Assembly (NCBI GenBank): GCA_051294375.1
Contig: CM119268.1
Span: 17,007,947-17,071,946, forward strand
From: Paraspadella gotoi
Taxonomy: Eukaryota; Animalia; Chaetognatha
DNA length: 64,000 nucleotides
Direction of reading: 5' to 3'
Part shown: positions 12,111-24,600 of the stretch, piece after piece
Numbering within the stretch: position 1 is the stretch's first letter
Layout: each line of letters starts with the position of its first letter
Notes under the pieces: generated by a model
What the model was told of the DNA's origin: nothing
The model's database searches: none
The model's input: only the letters and a program-made list of their open reading frames with translations
Program-made: the position numbers and the translations under genes

Positions 12111-13712
12111 TTAAATAAAGCACTATTGTGACAAGTATTTGTTGTTGGATAATAAGTCTCGATCTGAACTCTGTCCCGTTTATTTGCCACGCTATGACTA
12201 TCCCTTTTAAAGAAATCTAAAGCTTGCGAGCGCTCATTCTCCAACCTTCGACTTCGCCTTACTGCGCTTATAACATCTTCGATTTATTTTTTTTTTTATC
12301 TCCTCGCCGCTTCATTATTTCCCCCCCCCAGTACCTCCTTCCCTATCTCCCCGAAAATCTCCGCCCCCCCCGCGCCCCCTCCATCCCGCAGTCTCCCTCG
12401 TCTCTTCTCAATCTCTTCTTTGGAGCCAAACTTTTGACAATTCAATTAGCGAAAACTTCAGGACGTCCAACGACCGGGGGAGGACGCTTTTTTTTTGTGT
12501 GTGGGGCGAGAAAGAGAGGGTGAAAGACTGAAAGTTGTGGGGAGAGTTGTGGGGAGCGAAGATGTGGAGGGGAGCGAAGATGTGGGTGGCAATGCGAGGA
12601 GGGAGGTGGGACGGATTTTTTTTTTTTTTACGGTTGCGGGACATGAGACTTGGTGAGCGAGCGGTTCTTGTTTTTTCGAGACAAGAATGGATCGGAGGGA
12701 GAGAGAGAGAGAGAACGACGAGAAAAAAATAATTATTAAAAAAAAAAAAAAAAGGAGATTTAACTGATAATTTGAGTAAGATACGCAAGCAACCGAAACC
12801 AGTAATAATTAATTATAAAAACTTGAAAAACCGAAGTTGATCTTGAAAGAAATTTTATTTTCTCTTTTTCTTCTCATCCAAAAAAAAAAATCTGAATTCT
12901 CTTTTTGATCCCTGACATCCAACGCCGAACAAACAAGCCCATCGGGACCATGTCGCTGAGTCAACATCAAAAACGCATTTCGGAAAAAAGAAAAAAAAGG
13001 AAGGAAAGGAGTTTTGAAGAAATTGAATATATTTTATGTTTTATATACAGGGAGGTCCAGCTCTTTTGGGACTAACTTTTAAAAAAATCGTTTGGATGGG
13101 TAAATAAAGAGATAATCTTAGTACACTTGTAAAAAATTGTTATGATAATACAATCAATTATAAAGATTTTCCTTAGTCAACCATGACCTTCTACAAAGGT
13201 TCAGAATAGGCGGCATACGCTGTTTCGACCTCGCCAGTAGGGAATGCTGTCCTTTCTGTCGCTGTCAGAAAGTCAGAAAGTCTACAGTCCGAGAGAGGAT
13301 GCGTAATACATTCTGCTTTCTTATCTTACATTTTCATTAATCAGGGGGATTACAGTCAGAAAATAGCCGTGGCCATAAGTTAGCTGTTACTATCCTTCAT
13401 CTTGATTTTCAGCATATTTTTGTAAGGAAGCAGCGCGAAGATTCATTGTTTATAATATAATATATCAGAAAAAACTTCAGCCAATAAACCCAAGGTTAAC
13501 TTCTAGCGAAAAAAAAAACGGAACAACCACATACTTTGTAAAATGATGTTTGAAATCTTTTCGAAAATAATTTTTCCATAAACGAGTTTGAGTATCGTCG
13601 ACAACGATCAAAAGTAAAGGACGACGACGATGGCGACGACAATGACGACGATCAGGGAACGAAAAGGAGGCGCCTTCTAAAGATTGACGGAGGTGGAACC
13701 TTTAAGATAATA

Positions 13713-13792
<80 letters not shown>

Positions 13793-13918
13793 CTCGCGAC
13801 AAATTCGGTAGGAAGTCTGAAAGAAGTGATTCTTTCGGATGTAAACAGTTTTCTCTCCCTTCGCGTGTTTTGACAAGATTGGGTTTCAGGGAATTCTCTG
13901 TCTCTGTCTCTCTGATAT

Positions 13919-13969
<51 letters not shown>

Positions 13970-14289
13970 GAGGTGCCGTACGGTAGCGCCGCTCGTTTAC
14001 ATCGCGTGACGCTTCCGGCAAAAAACCCCAAAAAAACAAGAAAGTTAATTCCAAAGTGTTGCGCAGCAGTGACTTTATTTTCATGTGTATTTCTCTTTGA
14101 TCACATGACATGACATGACATGACATGACTTTCTTTGCCTGTGTATTTATGGTATGCACTGCATCAAAGTTTTGTCTTTTATTCCTTATAGTTTTAAGAA
14201 TTCCTGAAGGCGGCGGTAGCAGTCCGTTAGATTTGAGGTTTTTTCTGTCTTAACAAATTAGCAACCAACTATAGGCAAAATATATGCAT

Positions 14290-14390
14290 TTTTAACGTAA
14301 GTGGGACAGACCGATAGACAGACAACCGACGGACCGAAAAGTGGCTTATAGAGTTGGTCCGCGAGTACTCGAGGCGCAACTAAAAATAAA
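14290..14390. mobile_element. End fragment of a HINE/DINE-1-like (Helentron-associated) element
   Basis: GACA/GACC microsatellite, then aaagtggcttatagagttg...caactaaaaa. Same architecture as 42160-42230. Confidence 0.45.
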
Positions 14391-14839
14391 AAATCCGTTT
14401 TTGGCGCCGAAAAACTGAAGAAAAAAATGACGGAATCGCCGAGAATAATAAAGAAATATCATCGAGAAAGCTTGGGGTCTCTTGAAGAGGGCGGTAGGTA
14501 ATCTCGGTTTCCCTGGAGACGCTCGGTTGCCCCTTTTTTAATTTTAATTCGGATTAAACCATAGCGTATGTTATATTTTTGAAGTAGACCAGTAGACCAA
14601 AATTTTATAACTGACTCTAATTTCATTTCAAATGGAATCATAACTGTTGAATTTACCGATGCTGTTTCACATTTAGAAAAAAAAAATCAATTACTAGTGA
14701 GAACGGTAAAAACTGCAGCTCACAGTTAGTTACTGAAAAACAGCACCGCAGTAAAAAAAGACAAGCTGGTTCGACCTGAGGCCGATCCAAGCCCGGGAGA
14801 CAAAGGTCTCGTTCTCCGTGTCTCTAAGGTTGTCTTTCC

Positions 14840-14972
<133 letters not shown>

Positions 14973-15066
14973 TCCCTCCTACTCAGCGCTCACTTCGTTC
15001 ACCTCCTCTTATCATCAGTTTTCTCCAGAGCAAAACAAAGAAACTCGCAACGTTTCTCTCGAATCC

Positions 15067-15100
<34 letters not shown>

Positions 15101-15339
15101 CGAGAGAAAAAGAGTGAGAGAGAAAGAGAGAGAAGGAGAGTGAGCAAAAAAGAGTGAGAGAGAGACAGAGAGACAGAAAGAGAGCGAGATAAAGAGAGTG
15201 AGATAGAGAAAGAGTCTGTCAACTTAAAAGGCGTCCTGGAAACGTTATTGGGATTCATCCAGAGAAAGATGTAGATTGTTTATGAATTCTTCATGGCGCC
15301 CATGGCAACCGAGACAGTTATTCTCTCTCGTCTCTCTCT

Positions 15340-15398
<59 letters not shown>

Positions 15399-16561
15399 CG
15401 CTGAAGTGCGTACCTGTTCGAAACTGCAGATATTTTCGAAACCGTTTACTATATTTATTATGCATCATCAACGAAAAAGTTGAGGCATCATCCATAGAAA
15501 TAATATTGCTAAATGACGAAATGCTTAAGACGTCAATCTTAAACTAGTACAAATATAACCCGATCATTCCTGGCTCTATTTTTTTACTTTTCCTCTTCCT
15601 CCGCCTCCGCCCCAGCGCAAATTGAAACACGTAAAAAACAGAAGGAAATCCTTTCGCTCTCACTACAAACCTCCATTCCGGGTCCCCACTCGGAAACAAC
15701 CTCCAGGGTCCGCCTTGCTTCCTTCGTGCATTCTCCCTGCTTCCTGTCAATTCTCTCCAACCTTGTACTTGAAACAAAAGATAACCTAAGATTACAATGG
15801 CCACCCACCTCTAGCGCCTTCCCGCACAACCCCCCCCCCCCCCCACGCCACAACCTCCAAAAAACCACCCCCTGTCCGCATCTACGTCCGCCCAGCAACT
15901 GCACGCCCTCTCGTTTGCGGAAGATGTTTCTCTTCCTTAATGATAAGAGAGGGAGAGCCGCGGGGAGGAGAAGAAGCGGAATTGAGAGGCGACCGACGAT
16001 TGGCCGTTGTTGTCCTCATTGTCATCGTCTCGTCGTCATTGTCATTGTTTTTATTTACCGTCCAATTACGTCATTGTCGTTGTCTAAGCTTGATTATCCG
16101 CCTCGTCGAAAGAGACGTAGTCAAACTGTTACGTATTATCCTATTAAACCTTCATCACTAGCTTTGATAGTCGAGCAGAGTAACTCGACCCTATCGATGC
16201 CAACGTACCTTCAGTTGTCATCTCTGTAAACTTTGTTGTTGTCAATTGTTTTCCTCCTTCCTCACAATTTCTTTCTAGTCTTCGCCCTCTCTCTTTATCT
16301 TCCTCTTCCGCTCAACCCTTCTCTCTTCACTCCTTCCTCCCCCTTCCTCCTACTCCGTTTCCGTCTTCTCCATCTTTCCCCTTCCTCCATTTCTCTTTCC
16401 TCCTCCCCCTTTTCTTCTACTCCTCCTCTTCTTCCTCCTCCTCCTCTGCGAGGCCGAGAGCAGATCCTCCGAGCTTGTTGACCAATTTCCCGTCTCATTA
16501 ACAATTCCAGGATTGCTGCTCTTGTCCCAGCCCAATTCCCTTTTTCTTACTCCCTGATGAG

Positions 16562-16696
<135 letters not shown>

Positions 16697-17189
16697 GAGA
16701 GAGAGAGAGAGACTTCCTCAAACAAGAGAGAGAACGGCAGCGGTGGTGACAAAGTTGAGAAGGAGCGAGAAAAAAATTGAAACGCAAATGAATAGAAGTG
16801 AAAGGAAAGGGAAAAGGGAAAGAAAGGGGACATAAAGGAAATTAAGGAGAGAAAGAAAAAAATAGGTAAGGCGTGAAAAAAAAAAATTAAAAAAAGAAAG
16901 GGATGAAAACGTGAGACGTGGAAAAAAATTACGATGGGAGAAAAGAAACGAGAAACGTATCAAAAGGATTTAAAAAAAAAGATAAGGGAAAATAATAAGA
17001 AATATAAAGAAAATAAAAGAAGAAAAATATAAAAGCCCAAGTCGCCGCCAACATCGCGTGTCGCGTCGAGCGTGGATTTTATCGATAATTTTTCTTACGT
17101 CGTCGCTTTTTGCTTCTCTTCTTTCTTTTACAGTTTGCTTTTCTTTTTTTTTTTCTTTTTCTTTTTTGTTCGGTTTCCTTGAAAATGAC

Positions 17190-17780
17190 ATAGGGAGTGT
17201 CTTATTCCAGTATCAATTGAAACATTCTTTTGAAATATTTCCCACTTCATTGATAGGAAGCCAGGTACTTCTGGAGTGAATAAACGGGATTGTGAGAGAG
17301 TCTCTGATTGAAAGCTTGCAGGGACCTGCTATGTAATTACTGCTGTAAGAGTGATGGAGGCCTTAACCACCAAGCCCTGTCCAAAGTCAGGGGCAAGATA
17401 GCTTATTTATTAAATGAATGGATAATTTTTATATTGGTTGTACCAATTTCATAAAATTCAGCTCCTTGTATTTTGATGCTAGTGCGGAGTACAATAAGTA
17501 TTCCCCGATCTAATACTTAAGGGAGTGTCTTTTTCATAACAATTGAAACATTCTTTGAAATATTTTCCACTTCATTGATAGGGAAGCCAGGTACTCTGGG
17601 AGTGATAAACGGGACTGTGAGAGAGTCTTGATTGGAAAGCTTGCAGGGACCCTGCTATGTAATTATCTTGTAAGAAGTGATGGAGGCCTTAAACACCAAA
17701 GCCTGTCCAAAGTCAGGGGCAAGATAGCTTATTTATTAAAGAATGGATAATTTTTATATTGGTTGTACCAATTTCATAGT
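17190..17780. repeat. Direct tandem duplication of a ~265 bp unit (17190-17453 and 17519-17779)
   Basis: Two near-identical copies differing mainly by single-base indels. Both end in tatattggttgtaccaatttcata. Confidence 0.85.
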
Positions 17781-18042
17781 AAATTTTATTTTATAACGCG
17801 GACATCTGACATGGGAAAAGAAGCAATTGAAAAAGCTTATACTTATAGTCCTTTTATTTCAGGATATATAAAAATACATTGAGAACCTAAAATCGAAACT
17901 GAGAACCCCTCGCTCACGCGTCACTTCCCTAACGCGCATTGTTATACGTCGCCCTCTCTAACTCGCAATTACCTCCCCCCCCCTCTCCCCTCCCCGCCAA
18001 GGGTGAATTCGATCCTTCACAAGGTCGCTCTTCGAAACTCAC

Positions 18043-18167
18043 GTGATCGTTGGTGAATCCGTCGCGGGTCTTCGTCGTCAAAGGCATCCCTAATCCGCGC
18101 ATGTGTTGAATGTAAGCGTGAGTGATGGGCAGGTTGTAGTCTATCAGGGAAGCTGGGGGGGCGGAGG
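18043..18167 (-). CDS. NOL4: NOL4/NOL4L-like exon (SAPPASLIDYNLPITHAYIQHMRGLGMPLTTKTRDGFTNDH)
   Basis: Flanked by cag and gtgagt. IDYNLPITHAYIQHMR matches the NOL4-family DYNMPITxxYxKHMK motif. Absent from the ORF track. Confidence 0.85.
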
Positions 18168-18515
18168 CTGGAGTCGGTGGGGTCGGTGGGGTCGGTGGGG
18201 TGTGAAGGATGGAGGTGAGAAAGGAGGGAGAAGGAGAAGAAGGAGAATGGAAAGAGGGAAAGAAGGATAAAAGAAGAAAGGTTGACGCTTTAAATTAAAG
18301 ATAATTCATCTGGCAGAACAAGATTTTATTCAACTTAAAATTAAAGCTCGAAATCTTACTCTCATTGAAACCGGTTTTCAAAATTAATATTGATTTGGAA
18401 AATACAAGCGGATGTAGAAGTATTGTAATTGTTTGGGTAGTTTTTGAATTTTTGTGAAAATCATAAGTAGTGTTAAAAACTGTTAAAACAAAATATTATT
18501 TATAATCAGGCTCGG

Positions 18516-18546
<31 letters not shown>

Positions 18547-18785
18547 CCTCTCTCTCTCCTCCTTGGTTTTCGGCAGTCATGACCTTGGGCCACAGGACGC
18601 TAACTCGAGATCAACCTACAAACCTGACACTTCGCGTCAACATAATCGTAAGTTTTCTCTTTCTTGATTCGTCATGCCATTTTTTCACCTTGTTCTAATT
18701 TGAAATACTCCGTCTCCGCTCTTCTCGATTTTAAAATTATAGTAAGTAACAAATAAACAATGAAAGGTTAAAGAAGAAAGAGAGG

Positions 18786-19287
18786 ACGATTTCCAAGAAA
18801 TACTGCGTGATATTTGCGGTGGTGCTTGTCTTAATCGCGGCGCAAATCAGTCGCGGCGACGAGGATGTTGAACTCCAATTGGATCAACTGAAAAACTAGA
18901 GACTTTAGCGAGACTGAGGCGCATGCGCAGAGTTGACCTGGGTAATCTGTTGGCTTCATCTCAATCGTTTGTTTTGAATTATAATGAATTATAAGTAATT
19001 CAGTCAAAAAATATGATGATTACTAGGTTTTTTTTTGTCTTTCTAAACGGTAATGAAAATAACATATAATAAATGAATGAATAAATTTATTTATGCCTAA
19101 ATATTTGTTTGAATAAATTAATGAATGAATATCTTTAATTTTCAATTTTCTTTTTATCTTTCAACTCTCCCAACTTTAGATAAGAAACGCCGAGGCTTTT
19201 GGTGGAGATATCCAAGAAATTGAAAATCAATGGGAAAAGAGATACTTTTTTTCTTGTTTCGGTTTCAACTTATTTTCTTATCGATAG
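18786..19287 (+). CDS. Small secreted prepropeptide gene A (exons ~18786-18941 and 19180-19287); frameshifts and ACG start are either sequence error or pseudogenisation
   Basis: (T/M)ISKKYCVIFAVVLVLIAAQISRG-DEDVELQLDQ is a signal peptide plus acidic pro-region. Donor gtaatc and acceptor tttag. The last exon reads IRNAEAFGGDIQEIENQWEKR-YFFSCFGFNLFSYR*. A possible 5'UTR donor gtaagt lies at 18648. Confidence 0.6.
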
Positions 19288-19659
19288 TACATTAAAATAG
19301 TAAATAATGAAAATGAAGCCAATTATTTTATATTGATCATTTTTCGGTTTTAAAATTTTTTGTGTGTATTTTATGGTATTTTATGGTATTTTATAGTATT
19401 TTATGATCTATCTAAAAAGAAGATAATAGAATGATTTTTAAAAATTTATCTGAGTTTAACTCTGTCCGCTGGAATCGGAAAGCGAGCCAATTTTTAGAGC
19501 CAGAATCGTTACCTTATTAATGTTTATGCCTTCTGATTGGTTTAAAGTTTCCAAAATTTTCCCTTTCTACGATCCGATTTTCCTTTTGGGTAATTTGGTA
19601 TTTAAAATGTAAATCGCGCTACCCATAGGTTAATAGTGGTATTTAAGAGACTATTAATG

Positions 19660-20000
19660 AGGATAGCTCATGGCGCAAGCGGGCACGGATAGAGCCTGTG
19701 ACTACCCCGGTCGGCGGCGCCGGCCTAAATTCTCGTCTCATTTTCCACTCAGCGCTCGTGCGCTAGGGCATGCGAACCGCTGCAAGTGACGCGCGCTCCT
19801 CCTGTCTACTCGGCATGTTTTATACGGGTCCGGGCACCTGCACATGTTAAGCAGAACCGGATATCCCAGGATTAACGCTCGCGGACGCGACACGGATGGA
19901 TGAGGATGATTTAGCCTGCTCAACGCATGAGACGCAGGCTGAGAGAATCGGACAGCACGTGAGGCAGCGTTTAAAGTCTCTTGCACTGCACACAATAGTT
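19660..20000 (+). other. Structured GC-rich island with tRNA-like head (putative SINE or ncRNA)
   Basis: TGGCGCAAGCGG A-box-like motif and cggatagagc..tgactac resembling a tRNA-Arg D and anticodon arm. The B-box is degenerate. Several hairpins follow. Confidence 0.4.
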
Positions 20001-20177
20001 TACATTCCGCGTGAATTGAACTTTGATGAATTAGCGCTCGTGTATGGAATCTGTTTTTTGTTTTTCGTAAATTTTTGACCTGTTTTTCTTTAGGTTATTT
20101 TTGGGATTGGCTTTCACTGTTTGAAAAAACCCACGGAACATCGTTCAAATAGTGAACGGTTTGACAAATCAATCGAG

Positions 20178-20580
20178 ATGATTTCCAAGAAATACTTCAT
20201 GATTCTCACCAGTGTTGCTTTTTCTAATCCGGCAACACAATCGGTTCTTGGCGACGTGATGATGTTCGTTTTAAATTGGATCTGCAAGGAAAAGGGGAGG
20301 AGCACGAAGGCAAAAGGCTTATGCGCATGTGCGAATGGGAAGCTATCAAAGTGAGTGACTTGGCCCTAAACGGACGGTATTTCATGTTATAGGGTAATTA
20401 CTTAAAATTTGACGGTGTGTTGCTCAGCAAAATTTAAACGTGTTAAAGATACTGATACGGTTTAAAACACGGAGATAGTATTAAAAAAAAATTTAATTTC
20501 TCTTGGCAGATGTCGAATCGCAACAAATTAAAGAACAACCAAAGAAACGGTTTATCGGTTCGGACAATCCTTCACAATGA
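20178..20580 (+). CDS. Small secreted prepropeptide gene B, paralog of A (exons ~20178-20350 and 20510-~20580), indel-damaged
   Basis: Shares gatttccaagaaatact, ggcgacg..gatgtt, aattggatc and gcgcatg with gene A. Starts MISKKYFMIL. Donor gtgagt and acceptor ggcag. The last exon reads VESQQIKEQPKKR-FIGS. AATAAA at ~20665. Confidence 0.6.
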
Positions 20581-20968
20581 ACATCACTTGCGGTCATGCG
20601 TGATCTACAAAACCGCAAATTCATATTGCAAAGATACTTTATTAATGTCATTAACCTTTGTGAAAATAAAAGTAAATGAAATAATGTAAAGTAAACAAAA
20701 TCAAGTTTTCATTCAGTAGATTTTCTTTAAATGCAGTTAAAATTTGAGAAAAAACGGTGACCGATTTAAAACAATCGGCCATATGTTATTTTATATACAG
20801 ATTTTAAGTAATTTTGAGAGCTTAAAGTTTAAGATATTTGGTTAAAATATTTTATACGTTGAGCATTTAATGTTAGATGTATAAAGATTTAAATTATCGG
20901 CCAAAGTTTGGTACGGCGCATCAGGAAACAGAAATGTGCGCGCTTTCGAAAAAATGGCATCATTCAAA

Positions 20969-21214
20969 TCAAAATAATAATGAAACGCTAAGCCCTGGAT
21001 TCCTAGCCATTTCTCCGCCCGTCCCGTCCGCCCCGGCATCGGTCTGCAAATTGTCGTCGTCGTCGTTAGGGAAACGTCCGTCGGCGTCGCTGGCGTCGGT
21101 CTTGAGGTTGTTGTTGTCGGCGGCGGAGAGATGCATCCGCTTCTGACAATCGGCGCACGACATCAAAAATCGCGTCACCGCCTCTCGCGGAAGAAACGAG
21201 TAAGTCTCGGCGAT
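20969..21214 (-). CDS. NOL4: NOL4/NOL4L-like exon (IAETYSFLPREAVTRFLMSCADCQKRMHL...); 3' boundary uncertain
   Basis: ttcag acceptor and hallmark FLPREAVTRFLMSCxxCQKRMH. A phase-1 donor compatible with the next exon is not clearly visible, and read-through stops at 20969. Confidence 0.9.
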   Translation of the reverse strand: MAETYSFLPREAVTRFLMSCADCQKRMHLSAADNNNLKTDASDADGRFPNDDDDNLQTDAGADGTGGEMARNPGLSVSLLF

Positions 21215-21526
21215 CTGAAAGGTAAGGATCGTAACGAGACGGGGTAAGTCTGGCGTCTGAGTGAGGGTTACGTAAGATGATTGAGATGTACATGGGTGAA
21301 AGATCGGGAAGGCCGAACCGAAGAAAGAGTAAAGCCTTTTCGGGGCAAATTTTCTGTTATAAAGTGAAAGAGAAGAAGCTACTCCGACCATTTGAGTATC
21401 TGAGAGCCGCTGAATGTGAACTAGTCACATAAAATGAGACCAATCTAATCGTTTGTGAATATATTCACGTGACTCGATGGTCATTTCGTCGACCCTTCTC
21501 CCCCGAAATCCTCAACCCAAACTCAC

Positions 21527-21673
21527 AGCTCTGTAGGTCCTCTTCTGTCCGGCGTGCTTCCCTCCTCTCCCGTCCATTTCCACGTGGACTCCGTAGATGA
21601 TATCGAAGAAATCCTCGACGATCGCCACCATCTTGAATCCGCTGCCGAAAGATGGCACCACGTCCGGGTCGAC
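21527..21673 (-). CDS. NOL4: NOL4/NOL4L-like exon (VDPDVVPSFGSGFKMVAIVEDFFDIIYGVHVEMDGRGGKHAGQKRTYRA)
   Basis: cag and gtgagt boundaries, 147 nt in frame. VAxVEDFFDIIYxxHVE...KHAGQKRTY is the NOL4 integrase-type HHCC zinc-binding region. Confidence 0.93.
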
Positions 21674-24600
21674 CTGGAATTCGGGGGGGGGGGAGATTGG
21701 GAGGTGGGGAGGGAAAGAGGGGGGAATGTTTATCATCCATTGTCTCGTCTCCGAGGAATGGCTTGCATATTTTCTCTGTCTCGCTCTCTCTATCTCTCTC
21801 GCTCGCTCGCTCGTTCGGTTCCACTCATGAAATTTTTATCTACATGTCCCATTATCGCTTCTTCCATCCTATACTTTGTCACCATGGATTTCGGGCTCCC
21901 CATAAAACCCGAATTTGCCTCAGCCAAAGAGGGAATCTTATTTTATATATTTCTTTCCTTCTCTCGGAAAAAGAGAGAGAGAGAGAGAGAGAAGGAGAGA
22001 GAGAGAGCCATTTGATGGGAGGGGCAAGGCTGGGAACATCTGCGATTCGTTTTGCGATTCCAGAGTCTATTATTTCCTCGCTTCGCTCTTATTTTTATCA
22101 TTTTGAGTTCATTTATCAATCTTTTTCACACATAGCTTATTTTAAACGGTTTTTTAACGATTTTATNNNNNNNNNNNNNNNNNNNNNNNNNNNNNNNNNN
22201 NNNNNNNNNNNNNNNNNNNNNNNNNNNNNNNNNNNNNNNNNNNNNNNNNNNNNNNNNNNNNNNNNNNNNNNNNNNNNNNNNNNNNNNNNNNNNNNNNNNN
22301 NNNNNNNNNNNNNNNNNNNNNNNNNNNNNNNNNNNNNNNNNNNNNNNNNNNNNNTCTCTCTCTCATTTCTTTCACAAAGGGAAAACACTGAAAGGCAAAC
22401 CCAAAAGCGATTCGTCTTCATCCCTACTTATCGCCGACGATAAAACAATGAAATTTCACAGCCGCCGAACCGACATTACATTCGTCCGGGATTTAACGAC
22501 TCTACTATTTCATCCGGGTTTAATGTTATGGCGATTTCATCCGGGTTTAGTGTTGTGGCGACTTTATTTGGGTTTAGTGTGAACTGTGAAGATTAAAAAA
22601 TCCGGTTTTTTAATGTTTTTTCCTTATCAGTCAGTTTTCTTAGATCATCCTTTCTTCAAAAGGTGTTTTTAACTCATTTAATACTTATAGGTAGTACAAA
22701 TAGTAAATATATAACCGCCACCATTAGCTGGTTGCTTTTTTTTCCAAGTTCTCAGACTCTTTAATTATTGCTTCTGGAATCAAACTTTACCTTCTAACTC
22801 CATGCCTCACCCACGCTTCCATCTGCCATTTACACACCCACACACAATTTGCACTCACCTCACTCATGACCCTGTTTCTCCCCATCCGTCCCATCCTTTT
22901 TTTTTCACCTGGGCTTTCGCCCGCCTACGTTGAGATGTAATTAAAAGGATTTCAAACCGTAACCGCGGAAGATTTAACAATTCTTTTCTTCTCACTCTCT
23001 CGTCGAAAGAGTCGTCGATTGCGTTTCCTTCTCGGTATCCATCATGAATCATTCTGTTTCAATCTCTCCGCCTCTTCTCTTCATCTTCCTCTCTCTCCTC
23101 TCTCTCTCTCTCCTCCTCTCTCTCCATCTCGAATCTTCTTTCTAATCTCTCTCGGTCCCGATTATCTGGGGTCGTAATAAATTCATTTTTCAAGGGATTC
23201 GATTTTCTCTACTTCGGGCGGAACCGAGTCGTCACCGATGCGAAATCTCTCCGTGGCGCGAAGTTGCGAAAGTCTGTAGGACATCAACATGGTCGAGCAA
23301 TCGGAACTACCAACGTCATAAATATTTTTAAACTGTATCGACATGAACTTAAATCGAAATAGTTCCCATTTATCACTGAAGTCTAACGTTAATCATTTAG
23401 ATTTAAATCCATCACAATTTACATTTCCATTCCCATCAGAATATCGCCTTCGCGTTATTCGCCCGGTTTTACTGTCTATCGATCCGGTTGTTCAGTTATT
23501 CAGTGGATCCGGTTCTCGGCGCTTCCGCCGGCGTCGCCACGCCCCTCCAGTTTCCGGTCGGCGCCGTAAATCTCGGCCATGGATTCGCAAAAACGATGTT
23601 CCTTTGGTTTATGAGGCTTTCGCGTCCGCGCAGGTTAAAGGGGGGGGATAGGGGGGCGGTTCCGGACGATGGAAAAACGATCGAGAGCGAAGACTTCCTT
23701 CATGACAGTTTAAACTTTTATGTATCGCTGTAGCTCTGTATTGCATCAAAGAAGATAGTTAAGTTTGGATGTAATGAGACAATGAACTCTCAGGTACATT
23801 TAACAACAATATGATGATAGATTATCTCTTCAAAGAGAGACAATTAATCAAGGTACCTGTTAAAAGACATTTACCTTCCGTTATATTTTCATATTTACAT
23901 ACGTTTTACCTACAAATGAAGTTATAACTAAGTAAACAGTTTCAAAAACCCCAAAAAATCCAGAGAATTGGCTTCGACCCAAACGTTTTTGTGCAACATA
24001 AAGTATTTTTCTCTAATCGAACCTTCACGCGATCTTCGTAAACTCCAACAATCCTACACATAAAAAAAAACAAATGAAGGTTCAACAAGCCTTTCAACTG
24101 GTCGGGGGCTTCGACCCAGAATAAACCTCACTCTATCGAAGGAGCGACACTTACCCCGACAAACGGGAAGAGGATCTCCTTGACAACTCACCTCCAAACT
24201 TTCTCTCTTCGCGAAGAAAACGGGATTCCAATCCAGAAAACTCGACGTAAAAACATTTTACCGTCGACGTAAAATTCCATTCTCGGGTCTCTGATTCTTT
24301 TTTTTTNNNNNNNNNNNNNNNNNNNNNNNNNNNNNNNNNNNNNNNNNNNNNNNNNNNNNNNNNNNNNNNNNNNNNNNNNNNNNNNNNNNNNNNNNNNNNN
24401 NNNNNNNNNNNNNNNNNNNNNNNNNNNNNNNNNNNNNNNNNNNNNNNNNNNNNNNNNNNNNNNNNNNNNNNNNNNNNNNNNNNNNNNNNNNNNNNNNNNN
24501 NNNNNNNNNNNNNNNNNNNNNNNTAAAGGAAAGGGAGGGACCGGGACCGAGGTTTATTTACAATTCGGATGGGCGGAAGTTGGGGCGAAGGAAGGTAGGG

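Noticed and set aside
13044-13085. TATACAGGG Tc1/mariner-like terminus
   Set aside because: No matching inverted end or transposase remnant was seen nearby.
17190-17780. CRISPR-like or functional repeat array
   Set aside because: Only two long units, differing mainly by homopolymer indels, in a eukaryotic context. It may be an assembly duplication.
19660-20000. Telomerase RNA or SRP RNA
   Set aside because: No CTAACCC/CTAAGCC-type template and no SRP helix-8 motif were found on either strand.
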